The translations under genes and the position numbers were made by a program. The notes under the pieces were generated by a model. It made no database searches. It was not told the DNA's origin and saw nothing but the letters and a program-made list of their open reading frames with translations. Of a stretch of DNA of 64,000 bases, positions 23,237 to 34,807 are shown in pieces. Each line of letters begins with the position of its first letter. Within the stretch, counting starts at the first letter, position 1. The stretch is taken from NCBI GenBank assembly GCA_963813075.1, contig CAWEXU010000007.1, forward strand, positions 46,683 to 110,682, given 5' to 3'. This DNA is from Methanotrichaceae archaeon. Its GTDB lineage: Archaea > Halobacteriota > Methanosarcinia > Methanotrichales > Methanotrichaceae.

Positions 23237-24145
23237 CTATTTTGATGGAAATCGTCCTCTTCTGCGATCCAGATTGGAGCAGACATACTCGGCGATCGCT
23301 TCTGTGACATCCAATCCCTGGGCCTCATAGATCCCTTTGCCTGATGGGGTGCCGTTCACCTCGATTACCGTCAGGCCCTCTCTCTTCTCCAGGAGGTCGA
23401 CGCCGCAATATACAGCGCCAATGGCACGGGCAGACCTCACCGCCAGCTCTTCCAACTCACCTGTCACAGGGCAGGGGGTGGGCCGGCCGCCGCGCGCCAG
23501 GTTGCTGATCCATTCTCCCGGCGGAGCATTGCGGTAGATGGCTCCCTGCAATCTTCCGTCCACCACGAAGGCCCGGATGTCGCGCGGCAAGGCGGAGGCA
23601 ACGGTGATGAACTCCTGCAGGTAGACCAGACCATTGGCCTCAACTATGCTCCGCAACCTTTCGATGTCCGACTGCTCGCTGCTCTTTAGGAGGATGATAT
23701 CCTTTCCTTTATAGCCGAACAGAGGCTTGGATACCGCCTTTCCGAAGGAATGCAGGGCCTCCTCGGCAACCTCTGGGCTGGTGGTGACCACAGTCCTCGG
23801 TGTGGGCACCGAAGCGTCATGCAGCCTCCTGGATGTAGCATACTTGTTTGCCGCACTGGAGATGGCCTCCGGGGGATTTATGACTGAGATTCCCAACTCC
23901 ACGAGGGCAGTCAGGGCCTCGAAGCGAAAGGAGACATCCACTGCCCCCCGCCTCCCCAGGTCACGGACCACCAGGGCGTCCAGGTCCAAAAGGTCGGTCC
24001 CGCCGCATCTGAAATCCAGATCCCCGTCGATGCCGCTTTTAAGCTCTGAGAAATCAAGGAACGTCGCATCCATCTGCCGCCGGGAAAATGAGGCCATTAA
24101 AGCGCTGAGCCGTCCAGTCGTCCCGGTCGGAGACCACGATTCCAA
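23237..24145 (-). CDS. mptN: RimK-type ATP-grasp ligase, probably tetrahydromethanopterin:alpha-L-glutamate ligase
   Basis: KPLFGYKG, YLQEF, RDIRAFVV, WISNLARGG and EVNGTPSG motifs. Confidence 0.75.
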   Translation of the reverse strand: MESWSPTGTTGRLSALMASFSRRQMDATFLDFSELKSGIDGDLDFRCGGTDLLDLDALVVRDLGRRGAVDVSFRFEALTALVELGISVINPPEAISSAANKYATSRRLHDASVPTPRTVVTTSPEVAEEALHSFGKAVSKPLFGYKGKDIILLKSSEQSDIERLRSIVEANGLVYLQEFITVASALPRDIRAFVVDGRLQGAIYRNAPPGEWISNLARGGRPTPCPVTGELEELAVRSARAIGAVYCGVDLLEKREGLTVIEVNGTPSGKGIYEAQGLDVTEAIAEYVCSNLDRRRGRFPSK

Positions 24146-24186
24146 CTTTCATGGGCGAGAGTTGGCGATCAGATATAATATCTTGA

Positions 24187-24268
24187 TTGTATCCAAGCCT
24201 CCCCGGCGTTGAGGGGGACGCCAGTTGGCCGCGGCCCGGAGGGACGACTCGCGATGCCCACTAAAAAA
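24187..24268 (+). repeat. GC-rich structured repeat element, copy A
   Basis: 30 nt identical to the reverse complement of 61337-61366; TTGAGGGG and GGAGGG.CGACTCGCG shared with the 58.4-58.8 kb copies. Confidence 0.8.
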
Positions 24269-24396
24269 CAATTTGCGTAGATAATATGTGAAAAGGACAT
24301 CTGCTAACTTTTTAATGATTCAGCCAACTGCATCGATTTCTTAAGGCGCAAGGCATCACGACAAAAGGTATCAAATACCAATACTGCCTAAGGACT

Positions 24397-24639
24397 ATGG
24401 CGATGAAGACATTACATTATAGAGTTCTGCTTCGAAAAGAGGATGATGGAACCTATACAGTGATTGTGCCCTCGCTACCAGGCTGCCTGACCTTCGGCAG
24501 GACGGTTGAGGAAGCGATGGAGATGGCAAAGGAGGCCATTGAAGGCTTTATAGCTTGCATGATTGAACGCGGTGAAGAAGTTCCCATCGAAGACAGCGAT
24601 TCTGTAGTATGTACCATTGCAGTTGAAGCAAACGCCTGA
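24397..24639 (+). CDS. hicB: HicB-like antitoxin
   Basis: Y.VIVPSLPGCLTFG.TVEEA.EMAKEAI.......GEEVP. Confidence 0.9.
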   Translation: MAMKTLHYRVLLRKEDDGTYTVIVPSLPGCLTFGRTVEEAMEMAKEAIEGFIACMIERGEEVPIEDSDSVVCTIAVEANA

Positions 24640-24668
24640 ATCTCTGGATAGCAATCAACAACACTAGA

Positions 24669-24893
24669 ATGGCGAAGTTACCCTCAATATCACCTGAAAA
24701 GCTGGCAAGAGTTCTTGAAAAGTGCGGATTCAAACTCGAAAGTATCAGGGGTAGCCATCACTTCTATTACAATTCATCAACAGAAAAATCAGCCGTGGTT
24801 CCGTTTCATGGAAATGACGTTCCAAAGGGCTTGTTGAATGAGATCTTAAAGGAGGCAGACATAAGTCGTGATGAGTTCTTTGAGAATCTTTAA
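24669..24893 (+). CDS. hicA: HicA-like toxin
   Basis: LEK.GF.....GSH......VVPFH..DVPKG.L..IL.EA. Confidence 0.9.
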   Translation: MAKLPSISPEKLARVLEKCGFKLESIRGSHHFYYNSSTEKSAVVPFHGNDVPKGLLNEILKEADISRDEFFENL

Positions 24894-25059
24894 GGCTGCT
24901 TATGTTGAAGATGGATGCTTTAGTCATCCTGTGAACGACGCTCAAATATATCGCGCCGCTGGATCCCATATCGATCCTTATGAAATCATTTACATTATCA
25001 TCGGTGATGTGATCTCATTCATTTATATCAAATCTACTTCATGAAAAAAAGTATTCCGC

Positions 25060-27031
25060 TCAGCCGAGGAGCGGAATCATATCAAGGGCCTTGGGGTTGA
25101 CGACAGCGGACGTGTCGGCAATCTTCTCTCCCAGAGCCCGAGCCTTGATCAAGGGGCGCACTGGCTTTCCGGCCTTGTTCCTGGGGATATCCTCAACGAA
25201 TATCACATCCGAGGGTATGGCAATCGGCCCCAGGGTCTTGCGCACGAAGGTCTTGATATCCTTCTGCAGGTTGGCGTCACCCTTAACGCCGGGGTTGAGG
25301 ACGGCATAGACCACAATGCTCTCGCCCTTCACCTTGTCCGGCTTGCCTACCACCGCCGCAGCTGCCACTGACGGGATGCTTTTCGGCTGAGGCCTCCACC
25401 TCTGCATTGGAGATCCGGTGGCCGGCAACTTTGAGGACATCGTCTCCCCGTCCCAGGGCCCAGATGTAGCCATCCTCGTCCACCCGGGCCTTATCTCCGG
25501 AGAAGTATTTGCCCGGGAAGGTGGACCAGTAGGTCTCATTATACTGAGCTGGATCCCGATAGATCTCCCTGAGCATGGACGGCCAGGGCTCGGTGATGAT
25601 GATATCTCCCGTGGCCCCAACCGCTGCAGGCTGGCCGTTCTCATCCACCACCAGGACATTGTATCCGGGCAGGGGGAAGGAGGGCGATCCGGGCTTGAGC
25701 GGGGTTATGGGCAGGGGGGCGATAACCTGAGCGCAGGTCTCGCTCTGGAACCAGGTGTCCATAATGGGAGCAGACCCGCCGCCGACATACTTTCTCCACC
25801 AGATGAAGGCATCGGGGTTCATGGCTTCGCCCACTGATCCCATCAGCCGGACGGTGGAGAGGTCGTACTTCTGCGGCCAATTCGGTCCCTCGTTCATGAA
25901 CATCCTGATGGCGGTGGGTGCGGTATAGATCACACTGACCCCGTACTCCTCGATGATGGAGAACCAGCGGCCAAAGTCGGGATAGTCGGGTGAGCCCTCA
26001 TACATGACGCTCGTCGCTCCCACACAAAGCGGTCCGTAGGCGATGTAGCTGTGCCCGGTGATCCATCCGATGTCTGCCGTGCACCAGTAGACATCGGTAT
26101 CCTTGATATCAAAAACCCAGGAGGTGGTGTATGCGGGCCCAACGCTGGTCCCGGCATGGGTATGAACTATTCCTCTGGGCTTGCCTCCAGCGCCTGCGGT
26201 GTAGAGGATGAAGAGAGGATCTGCAGAGTCCATGGGCAGCGTGTCGAATGTTGCCGGCTGGCCGGCCACAAAGTCGTCCCACCAGACATCCCTTCCCTCC
26301 TGCATGGCAGTCTCCTGGCCGTTCCTCTTTACCACTACCACCTTCTCGATGCAATCAAGTCCGGCGATGGCCTCATCCGCCTGGGGTTTGGTGGCGATGG
26401 GCTTTCCTCTGCGGTAAGAGCCGTCGCAGGTGATCAGAACCTTGGGCTGGCAGTCATCCAGGCGGTCGCGGATGGCGACGGCAGAGAATCCTGAGAAGAC
26501 CACCACATGGATGGCGCCCAGCTTTGCGCAGGCGAGCATGGCCACCGGCAGCTCGGGAATCATGGGCAGGTAGATTCCAACCCGATCGCCCTTCTTGACC
26601 CCCATCTTCTGGAGGGCATTGGCAAATCGATTTACATCTCTGTAAAGCTCGTAGTAGGTTATCTTGCGCACGTCGCCCACCGGCTCGCCCACAAAGATGT
26701 AGGCCAGTTTGTTCCGCCGCCATGATTTGGCGTGCCTGTCTACGGCATTATGGGCGATATTGATCTTGCCGCCGGTAAACCATTTGGCAAAGGGGGCTTT
26801 CCACTGCAGAACATCACTGTAGGGCTCAAACCAGTCGGCATAGGTCCTGGCCATCTCATCCCAGAACTGGACATAGTTCTCCGAGCACCAGGCTCTCAGC
26901 TCTTTCTCCGACTTCATGCCCTTCTCTTTCATCCAGGCCATAACAATAGAGTTCTCGACAAGGTCCTTGGGCGGATAGAACAGGCCGCCATTAGGGGTCT
27001 GAGCAGAATTTTCTGTTTTATTATCAACCAT
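25060..27031 (-). CDS. acs: Acetyl-CoA synthetase paralog with divergent P-loop motif (frameshift near 25380)
   Basis: Collinear with the other two acs; [11 protein letters not shown] and DTWFQSE motifs; YTAGAGGKPRG replaces [11 protein letters not shown]. Confidence 0.88.
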
Positions 27032-27729
27032 TTTAAATCGCCTTACTATATTAGAGCTTTAAAAGGCATTATTTGTCTTTATGTGATTTATTCACCTTTG
27101 ATTAATTGTTTGTAACACTGGAATGCCTTTTAGACAATTGATAAGGTTTTCATTACAAGGATATAAATTTGTTGAATCCTATTTATGATGATATATTCTC
27201 TTTTAACCTCTTTTATCTTCAATGGTCTTTAAATTTAGATTCTTAGTGTTGTTTGCCTCAATATATTCTTATTTGTTAAGAAAAGCAAATTCAGTGGCTA
27301 TCTACAATTACATCCAATCCCCGGATGATTTGAAGGTCATAATTGGAAGAGCATAGCTATCGTAAATGGCCATAATACATCAGAATCAATGATTATGATA
27401 AGCAGCCTCCACCGACCAGGACGTTGCCCCTGGCGGTAATGGATACATTTCATCACGATTCCTCAAATCAGGGGCATCAAATCAGCAGCATAATTGTAAT
27501 CATTCATTTTTGCGTCTATTTGACATGATCCTTGGAATTTGATGAGCATTAAGGGTAAATATGGTTGCGACGGATCATGCCAATGAAGTTCAAGGAAGAA
27601 TAGAGGCTGAAAGAGGAGCTTGCTTGGCAGGGGGAGGACCCTTTCGCCCAGGTGCGGCTTGGATATCAAGAGGCCCAAAGGGAAGATAAGGAGGCGAACA
27701 GGTCCAAAGCCATTCATTCAATATCGGAT

Positions 27730-28362
27730 TCAACCATATCCATATCTAACCATCTCCCGCAGGCCATCTCTGAATACTTGAAAGCTTTTGGAATTATTTT
27801 TATCTGGCTCCATGTATGCAGAAATAGTCTTTGCAGCCTCTATTTTGCGCAGACCTCCAATAAAATATCCCGATCTTTTTAGCTCACGCTCCATTGACTC
27901 CCATGTTCCTCCTTTTATCGAATCCGGGTCTTTGTATCTTGATTTGTGTCCAAGCGTCTTAGGAGTCTTTGGATAAGCCTGATTGAGAGCTTGAACATCT
28001 CCGAAAAACCATGCTTCAAGCTCTTCTATGGCAATTCTGTTCAGGACTTGGAATCTTGGATGGTTGTCTATGCTACCAGCCTTTGTTCGAGTTATCAGCC
28101 CTGCAGCATCCGCGGCCCTATCCATCCGTTCCTTGAGAGCTATGCAATTGGATCGATCTTCATCAACCAGTACAACGATTCTCCAGTCCCTGGGCAACCA
28201 TTTGGCATAGCCTCGCATTACCTGTGGCAGTTTTGATAGAAGATCATTCTTGCACTGATAGGGATGAATCTCGAAAGATGCACTTGTGCCCAAGATCTTG
28301 GGCACTATATTGAGGAGGGCAGCTTCTGCAGAGGGCTCTTCCACTAAAAATACTATATGCAT
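27730..28362 (-). CDS. DUF4276-family (TOPRIM-like) protein
   Basis: FLVEEPS, VVLVDED, IAIEELEAWFFGD and N.SKSF motifs. Confidence 0.8.
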   Translation of the reverse strand: MHIVFLVEEPSAEAALLNIVPKILGTSASFEIHPYQCKNDLLSKLPQVMRGYAKWLPRDWRIVVLVDEDRSNCIALKERMDRAADAAGLITRTKAGSIDNHPRFQVLNRIAIEELEAWFFGDVQALNQAYPKTPKTLGHKSRYKDPDSIKGGTWESMERELKRSGYFIGGLRKIEAAKTISAYMEPDKNNSKSFQVFRDGLREMVRYGYG

Positions 28363-28368
28363 GAACCA

Positions 28369-29628
28369 TTACTCCGCATGGAGCTTTGCGGTCCGGCTTG
28401 ACGACAGGCGTCTTGGACCTCCAGATTCTGTCAATGGATCGCCGACTTCAAAGTAGCCCTCCATCCAGAGGTAACCAAGCTGTGCGCCTTCATCCATAAA
28501 CTCCGTGATTCCTCGCATATCTGCAGCACGGCGGGCCTGTGTGTAACCCTGTTCATCCCTGTAGAGCACCCAAAGCTCCTCCGGCCTGAGACCGTTCACA
28601 AAGAAAGGTGAATGGGAGGTAACCATAAGCTGGGTTCGGGCTGTGGCCCGTCTGCACTCCTCCGCGAGTTCCGGCAAGAGCCTGGGATGAAGCTGGTTTT
28701 CCGGCTCTTCGATTCCAATGAGCTGAGGCGGCTGTGGATCATAGAGCAGAGTGAGGTAGGCCAGCATCTTAAGGGTACCGTCGGATGCGAATTTCGCCAG
28801 TATCGGCTGATCAAAAGGAGCATCCTTGATCTGCAAGAGAAGCCGGCCGTCTGGCATGAATTCGGAATCAACTTTTTCCAGTCGTGGAATCCGACGAGAT
28901 AATGTATCCAGGATCAGATTCAAACGGTCCTCGTGCTGTTCCTTCAAATACTGAATGACATTGGGTAGATTGTCGCCGGTTGCGGACAGCCGCTCTTGAG
29001 GACCTGCCTCAGAGAAGCCCCTGGTGCTATCCGCGGTAAGATATGAAAGATACCATCCGGTTATGAACTGGCGCAAGGCACTCACCCTTGGATTTTTGGC
29101 AAGCTGGCCAAGCGCATTAACAGCAAGCACATCAGGAGACGTCAGCATCTCATGGATCCTATCGCCCATTTCCACCGGTTTTTCTCCAGCAACCACCTGT
29201 CCCTCTCCATTTTTGAAATCGAGAAACTTAAATGGCTTTCCTTGCTGACCTCTTCTCCATTGTAGCCATTCCTCGGCTACATAAGGACCGCTGATGCCTT
29301 CGTCAATGGAGAGGTGATAGGTTATGATTGGCATATCGCTTCTCTCACGGTATTTCAGCTCGATCTCAATAGGACCACTGGATCCCCGAGAGCGGAGCTC
29401 TTTGAAGCGACCCCGTTTATCCAGAGCCTTTCGCAGGCCCACTGAGAAGCATTCCGAGAGAAAGGCAAAAACATCGAAGATGGTAGACTTCCCGCTGCCG
29501 TTTGGTCCGAGGAAGACGGTTAAAGGGGTGATGCCTCTGAGCTCAAGGTTTCGAAGGGCCCTATAATTCTTTATCTTGATATATTCGATTCTCGGAACCG
29601 AAGGTCTGGAGCGGTCTTCTTCAGTCAT
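28369..29628 (-). CDS. ABC-type ATPase (AAA_15/AAA_21-like)
   Basis: GPNGSGKS Walker A, SDGT signature, [11 protein letters not shown]alker B/D-loop, TSHSP H-loop. Confidence 0.9.
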   Translation of the reverse strand: MTEEDRSRPSVPRIEYIKIKNYRALRNLELRGITPLTVFLGPNGSGKSTIFDVFAFLSECFSVGLRKALDKRGRFKELRSRGSSGPIEIELKYRERSDMPIITYHLSIDEGISGPYVAEEWLQWRRGQQGKPFKFLDFKNGEGQVVAGEKPVEMGDRIHEMLTSPDVLAVNALGQLAKNPRVSALRQFITGWYLSYLTADSTRGFSEAGPQERLSATGDNLPNVIQYLKEQHEDRLNLILDTLSRRIPRLEKVDSEFMPDGRLLLQIKDAPFDQPILAKFASDGTLKMLAYLTLLYDPQPPQLIGIEEPENQLHPRLLPELAEECRRATARTQLMVTSHSPFFVNGLRPEELWVLYRDEQGYTQARRAADMRGITEFMDEGAQLGYLWMEGYFEVGDPLTESGGPRRLSSSRTAKLHAE

Positions 29629-29999
29629 GTCTCTATCTCCGATGGATCATTATATTATTTATCATAATCGAGATAACCTTTGGCAGTGAATCTCATCTTG
29701 TTCAGGTCTCAATGAATGAACTATTCAAAGCCTGAAACAGATTCTGGTAGGTTATTCAGGGATTCTCAATCCGGGAGATAACTTGGCCAATACTTCCAGG
29801 ATCTGAAGGATACGAGGATACGCCTGAGCACTCCCCAAGACAAGCCTTGCGGAAAGAGCTGGATAATCCTGGGCAGGCCTTAATGCAGCTTTCTCTGAAA
29901 AGTCAGATGCAGAATAAAGACTGGGCTGAATAAAATCCAGGCTGAATGAAACCAGAACGAAAACCAGACTAATAAAAAAAAGGGAGGGTGATATCCCGC

Positions 30000-31991
30000 T
30001 TACAGGTCAATGCGCGGGATGTTATCTACGGACTCGGGGTTAGCCAGAGCAGAAAGGTCTCCGGTCTCCTTGCCCAGGGCCTTGGCCTTGATGACACGGC
30101 GCATGATCTTGCCGGACCTGGTCTTGGGGACATCCTTCACGAAGTAGACCTTGTCCGGGTATGCGACCGGGCCGAGGACCTTCCTGACGTGAGTGGAGAT
30201 CTCCTTCTTGAGCTCTTCGGACTCAGCAACTCCATCCCTGAGAATGACGAAGGCGACGATCTTCTCGCCCTTGACCTCATCGGGCTGGCCGACCACGGCT
30301 GCCTCAGCGACCTTGGGGTGGCTGACAGCGGCGGACTCGACCTCAGCGTTGGAGATTCTGTGTCCTGCAACCTTCAGTACATCATCGATTCTGCCCTGGA
30401 TCCACCAGTAGCCATCCTTATCGCGGGTGGCCTTGTCTCCAGCCAGGTATGTGCCGGGCTTGACCTGCCAGTACATATCCCAGTACTCCTTCTTGTACCG
30501 GACTTCATCTCTGAAGAAGGCACGGAGCATGCTTGGCCAGGGAGTCTTCTGAACGATGTTGCCGCCGTAGCCCAGTGGCACGGAGTTGGCATCCTCGTCG
30601 TAGATATCGGTGTTGAATCCAGGCAAGGGGAAGCACACGGAGCCGGGCTTCTCGGGGGTCATGACCAGAGGAGCGATGACGTGGCATCCGGTCTCAGTCT
30701 GCCACCAGGTGTCGATGATGGGAGCCTTGTCAGAGCCGATGTTCTTTCTGAACCACATGTATGCTTCTGGGTTCAATGGCTCGCCCACAGAGGCCAGGAT
30801 TCTTACCTTGGACAGATTGTACTTCTTCACGAATTCCTCGCCGGTCTTCATGAACATCCTGATAGCGGTGGGTGCGGTGTAGAATACGGTGACGCCGTAC
30901 TTCTCAATGATAGACCACCAGCGGCCCAGATCAGGGAAGTCTGGAGAGCCTTCGTAGAGAATGGTGGTAGCGCCGAGGCACAGAGGACCGTATACCACGT
31001 AGCTGTGGCCGGTGATCCATCCGCAGTCTGCGGTGCACCAGAAGACATCATTGTCGTGGACATCCATTACCCAGGAGGTTGTCTGGGCCGGGCAGACGGC
31101 ATAGCCGCCATGAGCATGCTCAATACCCTTGGGCTTGCCGGTTGTGCCGGAGGTGTAGAGGATGAACAGCCTATCTTCTGGGTCGAGCATAACGGTCTCG
31201 CATTCCTCAGACTGGCCCTTCACGAAATCATCGTAATAGACATCGCGTCCCTCGGTCATGGGTACTGCTACCCCGGTTCTCTTGACGACTACTACCTTCT
31301 TGACGGAGGGTGCAGTCTTCATTGCCTCATCCACGTTGGGCTTGAGAGGCAGGGGCTTTCCGCGCCTGTAGAAGCCGTCAGCGGTGACGACAACCTTGGC
31401 CTCAGCATCGTTGACCCTGCTGTTCAGGCCACCGGAGGAGAATCCGGAGAAGACGATGGTGTGAATGGCACCGATCTTGGCGCAGGCCAGCATGGTGATG
31501 GGCAGCTCGGGGATCATGGGGAGGTATGCAACAACTCTGTCTCCCTTTACCACACCAACGCTCTTCAGGGCATTGGCCATCTTGTTGACCTCTACATAGA
31601 GCTGAGCGTAGGTGATATCTCTGGCATCGCCGACTGGCTCGCCTATGAAGTGGTAGGCAACCTTGTCCTTATTGGCGCCCTTGGCATGCCTGTCCACGGC
31701 GTTGTAAGCGACATTGATCTTGCCGCCGGTAAACCACTTGTAATAGGGCTTGGCGGAGTCGTCAAGGACCTTGGTGTAGGGCACAGACCAGTCTGCAAAG
31801 GTCTTTGCCATCTCATCCCAAAACTCAACATAATTGTCAGAGCACCACTTGCGCATCTCCATCTCTGTCTTGAAGCCCTTCTTCTTCATCCACTGATATG
31901 CATTGGAATACTCAATTATATCCTGTGGGGTGTTGAAAATCCTGGTCTCTTCCTGCAGAGAAGCAGTCTTTGCTGTTTCAGCCAATTTCAT
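30000..31991 (-). CDS. acs: Acetyl-CoA synthetase (AMP-forming)
   Basis: [20 protein letters not shown] and [11 protein letters not shown] motifs; AGGAGG RBS. Confidence 0.96.
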   Translation of the reverse strand: MKLAETAKTASLQEETRIFNTPQDIIEYSNAYQWMKKKGFKTEMEMRKWCSDNYVEFWDEMAKTFADWSVPYTKVLDDSAKPYYKWFTGGKINVAYNAVDRHAKGANKDKVAYHFIGEPVGDARDITYAQLYVEVNKMANALKSVGVVKGDRVVAYLPMIPELPITMLACAKIGAIHTIVFSGFSSGGLNSRVNDAEAKVVVTADGFYRRGKPLPLKPNVDEAMKTAPSVKKVVVVKRTGVAVPMTEGRDVYYDDFVKGQSEECETVMLDPEDRLFILYTSGTTGKPKGIEHAHGGYAVCPAQTTSWVMDVHDNDVFWCTADCGWITGHSYVVYGPLCLGATTILYEGSPDFPDLGRWWSIIEKYGVTVFYTAPTAIRMFMKTGEEFVKKYNLSKVRILASVGEPLNPEAYMWFRKNIGSDKAPIIDTWWQTETGCHVIAPLVMTPEKPGSVCFPLPGFNTDIYDEDANSVPLGYGGNIVQKTPWPSMLRAFFRDEVRYKKEYWDMYWQVKPGTYLAGDKATRDKDGYWWIQGRIDDVLKVAGHRISNAEVESAAVSHPKVAEAAVVGQPDEVKGEKIVAFVILRDGVAESEELKKEISTHVRKVLGPVAYPDKVYFVKDVPKTRSGKIMRRVIKAKALGKETGDLSALANPESVDNIPRIDL

Positions 31992-32172
31992 ACCTCCTTC
32001 TAATCTAGATCTGGCGTTCCCGGCTCCCGATTTAGTCAGACTTTGTTTTTGAAGAGAATTCTATAGTACTTCTGAATGTCTCTTCGGGCTGACTTTCCTC
32101 TTAATTGCACATCTTGCGCGCCGGAGGGGGCTCGGTGAACTTCGAATCGAGAACTTCTTGCTCATTTATAAA
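31992..32172 (-). promoter_or_regulatory. Putative TATA box and long structured 5' leader of acs
   Basis: TTTATAAA at 32165-32172; nested inverted repeats AGTCAG/CTGACT (32034-39/32089-94) and GAAGAGA/TCTCTTC (32051-57/32079-85). Confidence 0.5.
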
Positions 32173-32333
32173 GTTATCGCGATATTAATGTTCATAGTAG
32201 TTAATGGTAATTATTTATCAGTAGTATACTGTGTAATTCAAATATTTTTTTAAAAGAATATGGCGTATAAAATGCCCAAACATAAGATGGATTAATACTA
32301 TCAAAAAATAAGATTATAAAAAAGTGTGCCCGC

Positions 32334-34322
32334 TCAGATGAGCGGGATGGCATCAACTGCATCGGGGTTAGCCAGAGCGGACAGATCTCCGGTGGGCTTT
32401 CCTAATGCCTTGGCCTTGATGACACGGCGCATGATCTTGCCGGATCTGGTCTTGGGCACATCCTTGACGAATAAAACCGTCTCTGGGTAAGCTACTGGAC
32501 CCAATACTGTGCGGACGTGCTTGGCCAGCTCCTTCTTCAGATCCTCAGTCTCCTCCTGTCCGGTCCTGAGGATGACGAAGGCCACTATTACCTCACCCTT
32601 GACCTCATCAGGCTTGCCGATAACTGCAGCCTCAGCCACCTTGGGGTGAGATACGAGTGCCGACTCCACCTCTGCATTGGAGATTCTGTGACCGGCAATC
32701 TTCAACACATCGTCGATCCTGCCCTGGATGAAGAAGTATCCATCTTTGTCCTTCATGGCCTTGTCGCCGGCCAGGTATGTGCCGGGCCTGATATCCCAGT
32801 AGGTGGACCAGTACTCTTTCTGGTACCTCTCGGGATCTCTGTAGAAGGCCCTGAGCATGGATGGCCAGGGTGTGTTGCTGACGATATTGCCTCCGGAGCC
32901 AAGAGGAACCGGGTTGGCTTCCTCGTCCAGGACATCGATATTGAATCCTGGCAGCGGGAATGTCGCAGAGCCGGGCTTCAATGGAGTGATGGGCAGGGGA
33001 GCTACCATGAATGTGCCGGTCTCAGTCTGCCACCAGGTGTCCATAATCGGCAGCTTGCCAGCGCCAAAGGTGTTTCTGTACCACATCCAGGCCTCGGGAT
33101 TGATGGGCTCGCCCACAGATCCGAGAAGCCTCAGGCTGGAAACATCGTACTTCTTGGCCCAGCTATCTCCGGCCTTCATCAACATCCTGACTGCGGTTGG
33201 CGCAGTGTAGAAGACTGATACCTTGTTGTCCTGAATTATCTTGTACCATCTTCCCAGGTCTGGGAAGTCAGGAGAACCCTCATACATTATGCTGGTTGCA
33301 CCAAGAACAAGCGGCCCGTAGACGATGTAGCTGTGACCGGTAATCCATCCGATATCGGCTGTGCACCACCAGACATCATTGTCCTTAACATCAAAGACCC
33401 AGTGCAGAGTCTGTGCGGGACCTACCTGGTATCCGCCATGGACATGCTCAATGCCCTTGGGCTTGCCGGTGGTGCCGGAGGTGTACAGGATGAACAGTCG
33501 ATCCTCTGCGTCCATCTTCTCGCATTCGCATGCCTCGGACTTTCCGGCCACCAGGTCATCCCACCAGATATCTTTGCCCTCTTTCATGGGGACCTCGACG
33601 CCGGTCCTCTTGTAGACCACTACCTTCTGCACCGATGGGGTATTGGCAGTAGCCTCGTCAACATTTGGCTTGAGGGGCAGTGGCTTGCCGCGCCTGTAGA
33701 AACCATCCACAGTGATAACCACTTTTGCCTCAGCATCCATGATTCTGCTGTTCAGGCCGCCGGAAGAAAATCCGGAGAAAACAATGCAGTGAATGGCTCC
33801 GACCTTGGCTATGGCCAGCATGGCAATGGGCAGTTGAGGGATCATGGGCATGTACAGCATGACTCTGTCTCCCTTGACTACGCCCAGACTCTTCAGGCCG
33901 TTAGCGAATTTATTGACTTCTTTTTCCAGTTGTGCATAAGTTATCTTTTGGGTGGGCTGATCGACGGGTTCAGGGACGAAAATGTAGGCTACCTTATCCT
34001 TCTTGGCCCCCTGGGCGTGCCTATCAACGCAATTGTGGGTCACATTGCACTTGCCGCCCACGAACCATTTGGCATATGGTGGCTTCCATTCCAGGGTTGA
34101 GGACCAGGGCTCAAACCAATCGGCATAGGTCTTGGCCATCTCTCCCCAGAATTGGATGTAGTTGGCAGAGCACCAAAGGCGCATTTCACGCTCTGTCTTG
34201 AAGCCCTTCTCTTTCATCCACTTCATTACGTTGGAGTTCTCAGCTAGATCCTTGGGTGCCTCGAATATCCTGGTCTCTTCCAGTAAGACGGATGTCTTTG
34301 CAGTTGCTTTTTCCTCAGCCAA
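32334..34322 (-). CDS. acs: Acetyl-CoA synthetase (AMP-forming)
   Basis: Same canonical motifs as 30000..31991; GAGGAGG RBS before a TTG start. Confidence 0.96.
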   Translation of the reverse strand: MAEEKATAKTSVLLEETRIFEAPKDLAENSNVMKWMKEKGFKTEREMRLWCSANYIQFWGEMAKTYADWFEPWSSTLEWKPPYAKWFVGGKCNVTHNCVDRHAQGAKKDKVAYIFVPEPVDQPTQKITYAQLEKEVNKFANGLKSLGVVKGDRVMLYMPMIPQLPIAMLAIAKVGAIHCIVFSGFSSGGLNSRIMDAEAKVVITVDGFYRRGKPLPLKPNVDEATANTPSVQKVVVYKRTGVEVPMKEGKDIWWDDLVAGKSEACECEKMDAEDRLFILYTSGTTGKPKGIEHVHGGYQVGPAQTLHWVFDVKDNDVWWCTADIGWITGHSYIVYGPLVLGATSIMYEGSPDFPDLGRWYKIIQDNKVSVFYTAPTAVRMLMKAGDSWAKKYDVSSLRLLGSVGEPINPEAWMWYRNTFGAGKLPIMDTWWQTETGTFMVAPLPITPLKPGSATFPLPGFNIDVLDEEANPVPLGSGGNIVSNTPWPSMLRAFYRDPERYQKEYWSTYWDIRPGTYLAGDKAMKDKDGYFFIQGRIDDVLKIAGHRISNAEVESALVSHPKVAEAAVIGKPDEVKGEVIVAFVILRTGQEETEDLKKELAKHVRTVLGPVAYPETVLFVKDVPKTRSGKIMRRVIKAKALGKPTGDLSALANPDAVDAIPLI

Positions 34323-34807
34323 ATCTTATTCCTCCTCTTATAAGCGATGATCGTAGATCCATCCCTGCAATTGATGTGAGATTTGCTTTCAATACATCAT
34401 GGATTGTAGAGCCCCGGCTGCTCCTCTGGAATGGGTCTTAGAAGCATCTTCACGAATCATTATTTTCATTATTTATAAGGTTAATGGTATGCAAAATGCC
34501 TATAAGAGCATTTTTTTAAAAAATTTAGGTGTGTTCATTCTCATTCATGCCCTTTATGGTTCAGATGGCTTCAATGCGATCAAATATTGCTTCAAATCTA
34601 TGATGATTATTTATAGTATGTTGCCGATATGTGAATCGTCCATATGGCAATCGCGATTGCATGATCCATTAACGATTCTGCAGATCAAAAATTATATAAA
34701 ATAATATTAATATTAAAAAGCTGTAACTCTCTGTGCCGCCATGCATTCGATTATATTATTAATAATAAATACGATTTAAATTTGAAATATTACACCCTGA
34801 TCAGAAA

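Noticed and set aside
27560..27730. Coding-like stretch downstream of the DUF4276 gene with an in-frame TAG
   Set aside because: Short, no recognisable family, and no support for stop-codon recoding in this window.
29988..32003. 671-aa plus-strand ORF
   Set aside because: Antisense shadow of the strongly codon-biased acs gene; no recognisable motifs. The same applies to antisense ORFs over the other acs genes, glgP and the kinase.
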